This document shows positions 53,992 through 62,232 of a stretch of 64,000 bases of DNA, piece by piece. This DNA comes from a phage: sequence record PV806337.1. One strand, written 5' to 3'. A model generated the notes under the pieces. That model ran no database searches. It was not told where the DNA came from and saw only the letters and a program-made list of their open reading frames with translations. Numbering within the stretch: position 1 is the first letter of the stretch; each line of letters begins with the position of its first letter. The translations under genes and the position numbers were made by a program.

Positions 53992-54984
53992 TTACTCGAT
54001 TTCGGTGCTAGTGGTAAAAGTAGAAATATCAATACCTTTCACCATTTCATCAATCATTTCAGCGATGTTAAAACTTTGCACCATTTCCAGCATTGCCGCT
54101 TCCATAGCCGCCCCTGCTACCGCTTTCGCTTTCTGGTTAGTCGGTGCGTACTGGTCAACCGCTACACTTAGCAGGTTAGCAATCACTACTCGACCAATCG
54201 GCGTATCAATATAGCCTTTAATCATGAACGGTGCTTTTTTAGCCGCTACTTTCGTGATTTGAGTCAGTGCAATTTTACCCGCTTCCAGTTTTGCAGCATT
54301 TACAACAGCAGACTTATTGGCGGCAACGATATTAGCGATCTTGGTCATGGTATTTTTTCCTTTGTTTTCAGTAGTTTGAGTGTTAACGCTTTGAGTGTTA
54401 GAATTTACAGCATGTTTTTCGATGTTGTCAATAGGCTGATCTTCCTCCTTCCAGAAAGTAAAACCAGCCTCCTCTATTAAATCATTATATACATACGGGT
54501 ATAATTCCGACGGTAGCAAAAAATTACCGTTATCATCAAAAGCCATTATAGCCGCAAAACGATACCCGTGATAATCTGATCGATTCCACCCAATTGATAA
54601 ATAACGCCAAAATGAATCGAGAAAATTTTCTACGTCATAAAGATCCTTATCATAAGGCTCATAATTTTCTATCGTGAAAACTTCTAAGCCCATCCCCGCA
54701 TCATAGGCTTTTACTGTACTGCCTTTCACTATAATAAAATCAGTATCTGGCCCTCGACTAGTAAGCAAGTGAGATTCCTGATTATATAAAACAAGCGTTG
54801 CCCCTTGATTATATAACGGTAGAAAACTATTCATATTATAAGCATCGTAATCATCAAGAAAATTACGATGAATAGTTTCAATATTGAAAACAAAATGTTT
54901 AATGCTGGTTGTTCTGCTACCGTCCAGCAGGTTACGCAGCGCGCCTTTTAAGACGGTTGCGTTATCTGGTTTATACAGCCTCAT
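53992..54984 (-). CDS. hypothetical protein (pre-early block)
   Basis: ORF track 330 aa. Confidence 0.55.
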   Translation of the reverse strand: MRLYKPDNATVLKGALRNLLDGSRTTSIKHFVFNIETIHRNFLDDYDAYNMNSFLPLYNQGATLVLYNQESHLLTSRGPDTDFIIVKGSTVKAYDAGMGLEVFTIENYEPYDKDLYDVENFLDSFWRYLSIGWNRSDYHGYRFAAIMAFDDNGNFLLPSELYPYVYNDLIEEAGFTFWKEEDQPIDNIEKHAVNSNTQSVNTQTTENKGKNTMTKIANIVAANKSAVVNAAKLEAGKIALTQITKVAAKKAPFMIKGYIDTPIGRVVIANLLSVAVDQYAPTNQKAKAVAGAAMEAAMLEMVQSFNIAEMIDEMVKGIDISTFTTSTEIE

Positions 54985-55250
54985 TTGTTGGCCTCCCTCG
55001 TTAATCGGTGAGTGAATGATAAAGGTAATTTTCTAGCATGGGCAAATATTATTTTACCTTTTTATTTTCCTTGCCTAACGCCTAGTTTTATGCTAACCGC
55101 GCAGCGGTGCAATAAAGAGCAAAACACGGCGAAGCCACCAGGGCGACGCGTTGCGGCTTTACTTTAACATTACCCTACAGCATTTTGCTCGTTAGAAAGC
55201 GATTTAGGCCGCTTAAAATTGATTGCAGTTGTTAACACTACCTTTTTACC

Positions 55251-55380
55251 CTGTATATTTATACAGTAGGATAACCTGTGGATAAGTCTGTGTAAAAGTC
55301 CTTATATCGCCGCCTATCGTGTCAAGTCAAAAAGTGCTGTGGATAACTTTGTGTATAACTTAAATGATAGTGGTTCTCAC
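55251..55380. repeat. right arm of ~130-bp imperfect inverted repeat with two DnaA-box motifs
   Basis: TGTGGATAA at 55277-55285 and 55338-55346; starts with CTGTATATTTATACAG; inner ~40 bp nearly identical to left arm, outer part diverged. Confidence 0.8.
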
Positions 55381-55900
55381 TTAGCTAGATGATTTCTTAT
55401 AGTTATTATTTCTCATTAATTTATATGTATATTATATATCATGAAATAGTTAGTTGGCTAATGAGATTTTTCCGTGATTAATAGTCTGCTAATAATTCAG
55501 GTCGTTACAATCCACCAGCATGATTATCATTCTAGCAATTATTAGTCTGCTATCTTTCCGATGCATACTAACAAATAAAAGTCAATTAATTTATTTCATA
55601 AAATAAGTAGTTATCCACTGGAAAATAAAAGTCAAGTGGATAACTAGGAAAATTTCATTTTTGCTTTTGGGGATAAGTTATCAACAAGGCTAGAATGCGC
55701 CTAAAACGCTCCAGAACGCAATAAAGTTTTTAGCCATCCCATCATAAGGGGATAAGCCGTTTATCGTTACCACGAGCTTTTTAGATTTTGTCAAGTAGGG
55801 CAAAGCAAATATAAATGAAAAAATTACTTGCCTATTTGCTTTATTTTGTGGTATTCGCGCGCCCGTTTCTTTTAATTTTAGGCCGTCGCCGCACGGTGTC
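55380..55900. promoter_or_regulatory. AT-rich non-coding control region with further DnaA-box-like motifs upstream of pre-early genes
   Basis: TTATCCACT (~55610) and GTGGATAAC (~55637) in inverted orientation; repeated AATAAAAGTCAA; no ORF. Confidence 0.45.
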
Positions 55901-56090
55901 CGGTGAGTTTTACCTTTACATTTCTTTACAAAAATAAGGTTGCGCCATTTTCGGGAATCCCCTATTATTTATCTCGTAGGGCGGCAATGACGAACTACAC
56001 GGCGGGAAGTTTACCGCCACGCTCTTTAAAAATTGGGTATATCTTAAAGCCTATCGGCGGTAAACTTATTCATTATAAGGAATCGACGAT

Positions 56091-56294
56091 ATGAAACAAA
56101 CGCTTTTGATCACTGGCAAGCCTAGCAAGGCACTAGATAGCAAAACAAAAAACTTGTTGACAGTAGCGCAAAATTCTGTAAAATGGCGATTCAAGCAATA
56201 TTTGCAAGGTCGCCAGCAAGGTTTAGAAATGATCTGGCGAAACATTATGATTGACCTGAAGGAAAATCATAAAAAATCTCAAAAAATTGTTTGA
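56091..56294 (+). CDS. hypothetical small protein
   Basis: ORF track 67 aa. Confidence 0.4.
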   Translation: MKQTLLITGKPSKALDSKTKNLLTVAQNSVKWRFKQYLQGRQQGLEMIWRNIMIDLKENHKKSQKIV

Positions 56295-56520
56295 CAGCCT
56301 AGCCGATAGGTTTTAAGATGTACCCAGTTCGAAAAGAGCGATAACTTGATAAAATTTGACGGTCGGTGCTTACCATAATGCATCCCGCCCCCTAACGGGA
56401 TATAGCGGCCTACGTGGAGTTCTTTAAATTGATTAAACTGGCGAGCGGATTGTTACTTATTACCTGCTACTTTCTAGCAGGTAATGCGGAACAATCCCCA
56501 AATAACTAGGAGTTTATATT

Positions 56521-56772
56521 ATGCAAAACGTTATTACCGCGCCTAAAATTGGTCAATCCGTTTTTATTCCTTTCGTTACTAAAACGGACGAATTAACCGG
56601 AAAAGCCGAACGTATTAAAGGTGCGGCGCTTATGCCGTTCGATACAATCGACGCGGTATACACTGAAAATGAACGCAGTAACAACGGCAAGCCCGTTTTT
56701 AGCGTTCGCGTTAAATCCGGCGATGTTGTAAAGGTTGTTCAACGCAACGAAAAATGGGAAGCTGTTTTATAA
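56521..56772 (+). CDS. hypothetical protein
   Basis: ORF track 83 aa with AGGAG RBS. Confidence 0.5.
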   Translation: MQNVITAPKIGQSVFIPFVTKTDELTGKAERIKGAALMPFDTIDAVYTENERSNNGKPVFSVRVKSGDVVKVVQRNEKWEAVL

Positions 56773-56870
56773 TTTAGTGCTAACTTTATATCCCTCTTAT
56801 TTCAGGGGGATATAACGATTAACATTAAGTTAATCTAATCCCTTAAATTAAACTAATAGGAGTTTTTACC

Positions 56871-57278
56871 ATGACTAACGCAAAAACCGCAAAATTCGCA
56901 TGGAATGAAGAAAACACTCAGAAAGCTGTTACCATGTACCAGCAGTTAATCAACGAAAACGGTTTAGATTTTGCAAATAGCGACGGCCTGAAAGAGATTG
57001 CAAAAGCAGTAGGCGCGGCCTCCCCCGTATCCGTTCGCTCAAAATTGACCAGTGCAAAAGCCTATCAAAAAAGCGATAAGCCGCGTAAAGTTGGCGGCGG
57101 TAGCTCTGTGCGTAAAGCTCACTATGTGCGCGTTATCGCTAAACATGCTATTGATTCCGGCATTATCAAAGACGCCGATGATTTGGCAAGCCTTGAAAGT
57201 GCAAAACTTGAAACGCTGGACGCAGTAGCGCAATTGTTAGGCGTTGCCGATGAAGTAAAACAGGCCGCAGGCGAATAA
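56871..57278 (+). CDS. hypothetical protein
   Basis: ORF track 135 aa with AGGAG RBS; terminator hairpin 57291-57311. Confidence 0.55.
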   Translation: MTNAKTAKFAWNEENTQKAVTMYQQLINENGLDFANSDGLKEIAKAVGAASPVSVRSKLTSAKAYQKSDKPRKVGGGSSVRKAHYVRVIAKHAIDSGIIKDADDLASLESAKLETLDAVAQLLGVADEVKQAAGE

Positions 57279-57290
57279 TAGTTATATCTT

Positions 57291-57315
57291 GCCCCCTTTT
57301 AGTGAGGGGGCAATA
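57291..57315 (+). terminator. rho-independent terminator-like hairpin
   Basis: GCCCCCTTTTAGTGAGGGGGC palindrome after 56871-57278 gene. Confidence 0.5.
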
Positions 57316-57368
57316 ATATAACTGTTTAGCGATAGTTATTTTCTTCCCTTAAATCAGGAGTTTTAAAA

Positions 57369-57566
57369 ATGGTTTTCTTCCCTACTGAATCTTTAATTCT
57401 AGGCTTATTTATTATGGCGGCCTCTCTATTATTCGCTTATTTTCAAAATGATTTAGATTCATATTATTTTAAACGCAAATCTAAATTGGCAAAGCGTTTG
57501 GGCTTACTTTGTTTTATCGCTGCCGTTGCTTGTGGTGTTAGTTCTAGCCTAGTGCCTTTAAATTAA
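57369..57566 (+). CDS. small membrane protein
   Basis: ORF track 65 aa. Confidence 0.45.
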   Translation: MVFFPTESLILGLFIMAASLLFAYFQNDLDSYYFKRKSKLAKRLGLLCFIAAVACGVSSSLVPLN

Positions 57567-57656
57567 TGTTGCAAATTATAACGCCTATTGTTCGAGGCGT
57601 TATATTTGGCAATATTGCCGTTATTAACCTAATCCCTTTAATGGAGTTTTATTACT

Positions 57657-59327
57657 ATGATTATTTCCGCAGAAAAACAAACCGTTATCCTGAAAATGGC
57701 CGCTGACTTTAATTTCTATGGTAAACGTCTGCGCGCTACTAAGCTGGAAGTCTGCGACGATATATCAAAAGCGGTTTACGATACTACAAAACACTCCACC
57801 GCCATTTGTGATTGGTTGGAAGCAAATAAACCAGCGAAACCAAAAGCGGCAAAAGTAGCAAAAGCCATTAAAAATGATGAGCGCCCAGAAGCGGCTGGGA
57901 TTGTTTCTAGTACGGTGGAGCAATGGGAAGTAAAACAAGGTAAACGCTTTATTATTACATCGATTCAGAATAATACTTTCCCACATAAAAACTTTTTAGC
58001 CTCACTGGAGCAATTTGCTAAATATATCGGTGCTGATTTGCTTGTTTCTAAGTATATTTATAATAAAAACGGTTTTCAAAATGGGGAAGGTGCGGATGGA
58101 ATCAAATATGATTCCGCGTTCGATAAATATATTTGCAGCAAAAACGTGTTTTTAAATAACCGCCGCTTTGCTTTTATGGCTGAAATTAATGTTTTGCCAA
58201 CCGCAGATTATCCGCTTTCTGGATTCGCTGAAACTGCAACGGCGCTTAATCTTGAAGGTCTGGCAATTGGTCACGCCAAAATTACCGCCGAAAGCGTGCC
58301 AGCTTTAAAAGGTGAAGTAGTGCGCCGCATGTATTCAACCGGAACGGCAACGCTCAAAAACTACATTCAGCAGAAAGCAGGGCAAAAAGCCGAAGCGCTG
58401 CATAATTTCGGTGCGCTTATTGTTGAGTTCGACGAGGACGGGGAATTTTTTGTTCGCCAGCTTGAAACAATGGACGAAAGCGGGGTGTTTTATGATCTGA
58501 ACGTTTGCGCTACTCCTGCCGGATGCTATGAGACATCGGGGCATGTTTTAGGCTTGCAGTATGGCGATATTCACGCCGAAAAATTAGATGAGGAGTGCGC
58601 CGCCGCATCTTGGGGGCATGGTGATACTTATGGGCTAGTAGATATTCTTAAACCAAAATATCAGTTTGTGCATGACGTTCATGATTTTACATCCCGCAAT
58701 CATCATAACCGCGCATCCGGTGTATTCCTAGCGAAACAATATGCCGCCGGACGTGATAAAGTTCTGGATGATCTTATCGATACGGGGCGCGTACTGGAAT
58801 CAATGGAGCGCGATTTTAGTCAAACAATCATTGTTGAATCGAATCACGATTTGGCGCTATCCCGTTGGCTTGATGATCGTAATGCTAACATCAAAGACGA
58901 TCCAGCAAACGCCGAGTTATATCACCGCCTGAATGCTGCAATTTACGCGGCAATCGGTGAACACGACGAAACGTTTAACGTGCTAGATTATGCGTTGCGC
59001 AAGGTTGCAGGTTGTGAATTTAACGCCATTTTCCTGACCACTGATCAATCTTTCAAGATTGCAGGCATTGAATGCGGCGTACACGGTCACAATGGCATTA
59101 ACGGCAGTCGTGGCAATCCTAAACAATTTAAAAAATTGGGCAAGTTAAACACGGGGCATACCCATACCGCCAGCATTTATGGCGGCGTATATACCGCTGG
59201 CGTAGCTGGTAGTCTGGATATGGGCTACAACGTTGGCGCGTCAAGTTGGACGCAGACGCATTTAATTACCTATGCAAACGGTCAACGCACTTTGATCGAC
59301 TTTAAAAACGGTAAATTCTTTGCGTAA
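57657..59327 (+). CDS. A1: pre-early A1-like protein (metallophosphoesterase-type)
   Basis: ORF track 556 aa (matches recalled size of T5 A1); GDIHAEK and GHNGINGSRGN phosphoesterase-like motifs; next to A2- and dmp-like genes. Confidence 0.6.
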   Translation: MIISAEKQTVILKMAADFNFYGKRLRATKLEVCDDISKAVYDTTKHSTAICDWLEANKPAKPKAAKVAKAIKNDERPEAAGIVSSTVEQWEVKQGKRFIITSIQNNTFPHKNFLASLEQFAKYIGADLLVSKYIYNKNGFQNGEGADGIKYDSAFDKYICSKNVFLNNRRFAFMAEINVLPTADYPLSGFAETATALNLEGLAIGHAKITAESVPALKGEVVRRMYSTGTATLKNYIQQKAGQKAEALHNFGALIVEFDEDGEFFVRQLETMDESGVFYDLNVCATPAGCYETSGHVLGLQYGDIHAEKLDEECAAASWGHGDTYGLVDILKPKYQFVHDVHDFTSRNHHNRASGVFLAKQYAAGRDKVLDDLIDTGRVLESMERDFSQTIIVESNHDLALSRWLDDRNANIKDDPANAELYHRLNAAIYAAIGEHDETFNVLDYALRKVAGCEFNAIFLTTDQSFKIAGIECGVHGHNGINGSRGNPKQFKKLGKLNTGHTHTASIYGGVYTAGVAGSLDMGYNVGASSWTQTHLITYANGQRTLIDFKNGKFFA

Positions 59328-59383
59328 TTAAATTATTTCCCTAGCGGCTTGAAATATAGCCGCTATTACAGGAGTCACAAAAA

Positions 59384-59641
59384 ATGAAAGTTACATTACC
59401 CAAAACATTGGACGAAAAAGTATTCATTTCACCGGATGAAATGGAATCTGATAAAGTTTACAGCTTCGGGCCTATCCTAGCCGCTAAAACTAATACTGAT
59501 GGTATTATTTCCGTCGATTCCCGTGATAATGATGTTGTTCCTTTTGATGACGATGGCGCTTTTTATGAGTGGCTAAGCGATAATAATTTACCCGTAAACG
59601 GTGAATTAACGCCGTACCAGATGCAGATTATTATCAAATAA
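59384..59641 (+). CDS. hypothetical acidic protein
   Basis: ORF track 85 aa. Confidence 0.5.
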   Translation: MKVTLPKTLDEKVFISPDEMESDKVYSFGPILAAKTNTDGIISVDSRDNDVVPFDDDGAFYEWLSDNNLPVNGELTPYQMQIIIK

Positions 59642-59679
59642 ATTAAATCCATTATTAAACTAATTGGGGTTTTATAAAT

Positions 59680-60072
59680 ATGAAAAAGCAAAATATTCCA
59701 TTCGATCGCGCTCAATCTTCCATTGTTCTGGTTTATTCTAATGGCGAACGTTACCACGTCGAGGCGGGGCACGTTATTGATGAACTACTAGACTTTAATG
59801 ACGCTTTGCAGGTTACTACCTTTGCCTATACGCAAGGCCGCGCAAGTAGTTACATTAAGGCCGCAGGCGTTTATGTTGACACGGTGAAACAAGAAACGAT
59901 TATCATCGACGCCGTAAAATCCGGCCTAGCCTTTGCAGTTGTCGCGCCTTGCCCCGCTTGCCTTGATGATCAATTGATCAGCGCAAAAGTATATACTTGT
60001 GCGGGGATTCGTTCCAGCGTATCCGGTGAAGATGTTAGTTTTATTGCCGATGCGTTGGCTTATGGTCTTTAA
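59680..60072 (+). CDS. A2: pre-early A2-like protein
   Basis: ORF track 130 aa; position between A1-like and dmp-like genes; assignment by synteny and size only. Confidence 0.45.
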   Translation: MKKQNIPFDRAQSSIVLVYSNGERYHVEAGHVIDELLDFNDALQVTTFAYTQGRASSYIKAAGVYVDTVKQETIIIDAVKSGLAFAVVAPCPACLDDQLISAKVYTCAGIRSSVSGEDVSFIADALAYGL

Positions 60073-60151
60073 TAGTTAATTTATTATTACCCGCTTATAA
60101 ATAGCGGGTAATGCTGAATAAACTAAATCCCTTTAACGGAGAATGTAACAA

Positions 60152-60886
60152 ATGAGTAAAGCTATTATGAATATTTCCCGCAGCTTCCCGCATATTTCCC
60201 GCGTCATGATTTGGGATCTGGACGGCACTATCATTAATTCTTTCCATCGTGTAGCACCCTGCTTTGATAGCGAGGGCAATTTAGATTTAAATAAGTATAA
60301 AAATGAAGCCTGCAAACATGATTTAATAATGCAAGATACTTTATTGCCCCTTGTTACATATATGCGCCAGTGCATGAATGACGCAAATACATTAAACATT
60401 ATTTGCACCGCTCGACTGATGAGCAAGTCGGATTATTATTTCTTGCGTAAACAAGGCTTGCGCGGTCGTGATAAAAGCAATATCCGCGTTTTTTCCCGCG
60501 ACACACTGCATAAATATTTTGAAGCTGATAAAGTTAGCGAAATTTACCATAGTAAAGACGCTATATATAAAAGCCATTATTTTGAGCTATTTAAACAGTT
60601 ATATCCGAACGCTGATTTTACGATGATTGACGATCATAAAGGTGTGCTATCGGCGGCGGCATCATACGGATTTAAAACGCTGGACGCGCAAGCTATTAAC
60701 GATATTCTATCGATTGGGGTTACATTGATAGGTGAAACCTTTATTGATGAATCTCTTGAGGATGATAATGATTATCAGTTCCTAGCCGACCGCCTGCAAT
60801 TATGTTGGGAAGGTATGACCGAAGAAGAACGCGCAGAATATAGTTGCAGCCCGCAACAATATATTGAGAAATTAAAAGTTGCGTAA
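60152..60886 (+). CDS. dmp: 5'-deoxyribonucleotidase (HAD-like)
   Basis: ORF track 244 aa; N-terminal MIWDLDGTIINS HAD motif; size and synteny as recalled for T5 dmp. Confidence 0.6.
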   Translation: MSKAIMNISRSFPHISRVMIWDLDGTIINSFHRVAPCFDSEGNLDLNKYKNEACKHDLIMQDTLLPLVTYMRQCMNDANTLNIICTARLMSKSDYYFLRKQGLRGRDKSNIRVFSRDTLHKYFEADKVSEIYHSKDAIYKSHYFELFKQLYPNADFTMIDDHKGVLSAAASYGFKTLDAQAINDILSIGVTLIGETFIDESLEDDNDYQFLADRLQLCWEGMTEEERAEYSCSPQQYIEKLKVA

Positions 60887-60902
60887 TAATTAAAGTTGAA
60901 AT

Positions 60903-60937
60903 AGTCACGGTGTGTAATGATAACATGCCGTGACTAT
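60903..60937. terminator. hairpin between convergent dmp-like and reverse small genes
   Basis: TAGTCACGG...CCGTGACTA inverted repeat. Confidence 0.5.
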
Positions 60938-61037
60938 TAGCCTGCTAAGTACCGGGCGGTAATGAGACTCATTCTCATCTGGAGGACCACTGGACACACC
61001 TCCATGTGTAATCTTATGAAATTTGGCAAAAGTCAAA

Positions 61038-61283
61038 TTAGCGCATAGAAGGGTCATCAAACCTGTGTTCTGGTCTGAACTCACGGAATCTCTTTCGCGA
61101 CGCCCGAGATCCATCCGACCACTCCCGCTCAAACTCCGCACGTTTCTCATCAAACTTCCGCTCCCTTTCCGCAATCTCCCGCGATACTTCCGCAGTATAC
61201 TTACGATGCTTGTTAATAGCCGCAGTCATTCCGAAAACTCCCGCGAGTACCCCGATAATAAAAGCAATTACAATACTAAACAT
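61038..61283 (-). CDS. small membrane protein
   Basis: ORF track 81 aa; N-terminal TM then charged tail. Confidence 0.45.
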   Translation of the reverse strand: MFSIVIAFIIGVLAGVFGMTAAINKHRKYTAEVSREIAERERKFDEKRAEFEREWSDGSRASRKRFREFRPEHRFDDPSMR

Positions 61284-61470
61284 CTAATTCCCTCTCAATT
61301 TGCAGAATACGGGTACTATCACAACGTTGGAGTTCTACTAATTTTTCTATGGCAAATTGTTGCTGCTTTACCTGGGCCTCTAGAGTTTTTAGGCGAACAT
61401 ACGCGGTGTAAGAAATAATGAAAACTGCCCAGACTAGTATTACTATTAGTGTAGCTACCACTTCCATCAT
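61276..61470 (-). CDS. small membrane protein
   Basis: ORF track 64 aa; N-terminal TM. Confidence 0.45.
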   Translation of the reverse strand: MMEVVATLIVILVWAVFIISYTAYVRLKTLEAQVKQQQFAIEKLVELQRCDSTRILQIERELDV

Positions 61471-61880
61471 TTACGTTTCTCCAATAATAAGGTTTCAATT
61501 CTAGCTAAGTGATTATCTAAAATACATTGCCCAGTAATAACAACCCCTAGTAGTGCAATAATTATCCATTCCATTAAATCCACCCCGCCATAGCTGCTAA
61601 CCAAAAACCTACGAAAATAAAGAATAGGATAGTTCCGAATCCAAAGCTATTAATCCAGCTATCGTACACTTCTCCACGTCTGCTCTTTCTTTTGTTTGAC
61701 ATATCTTTCATGCTCCTATAAATATGGTATTTTAAAATATTTTATAATTTGTGTAATAACCAACCATGCTTGTGACTTCCTAGAAGGACTTCTACTTTTC
61801 TTACATAGTGGTTTCTGCCAATATACCATCCAAAAAATAAAAAATTTAGTTTACTTGGATGTCTTTTTGCTTTATACTAA

Positions 61881-62147
61881 TTACAGGTAGTTAGATTGCT
61901 CTAGTTTAAATTTACAATCACCATATTTAAGGTCAAACTGACTGAGATCCCACCACCCAAACTTAGTACGGAGCTGTACTACTGGGAAGCGATCTCCCTT
62001 AATACGAACTTTTTGAATCTTGAGGCCGTAATGTTCTTCTCCCGCACCGCCAAAAGATTTTACAAATCCAGTACAAAATGGTTTGGGAGCAGGTGCACAA
62101 CCAGATAACATAACTGCGGCAACTAGTGCAATCACAAACTTTTTCAT
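61881..62147 (-). CDS. llp: lytic-conversion-type lipoprotein (Llp-like)
   Basis: ORF track 88 aa; lipobox MLSGC; GGAGAG RBS; divergent from adjacent receptor-binding gene. Confidence 0.6.
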   Translation of the reverse strand: MKKFVIALVAAVMLSGCAPAPKPFCTGFVKSFGGAGEEHYGLKIQKVRIKGDRFPVVQLRTKFGWWDLSQFDLKYGDCKFKLEQSNYL

Positions 62148-62232
62148 ATTTATCTCTCCATTTCTAATTTATGAATCTATTATAGCAAAATAGAGGGATG
62201 AAAGCAAATACATTTTTATAATAGGAGATTAT

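Noticed and set aside
51500-61000. Host chromosomal DNA or a prophage junction, suggested by the GC shift after 51.4 kb
   Set aside because: The block contains A1-, A2- and dmp-like phage pre-early genes and is followed by llp/pb5-like tail genes. The composition shift is better explained by a distinct phage module than by host DNA.
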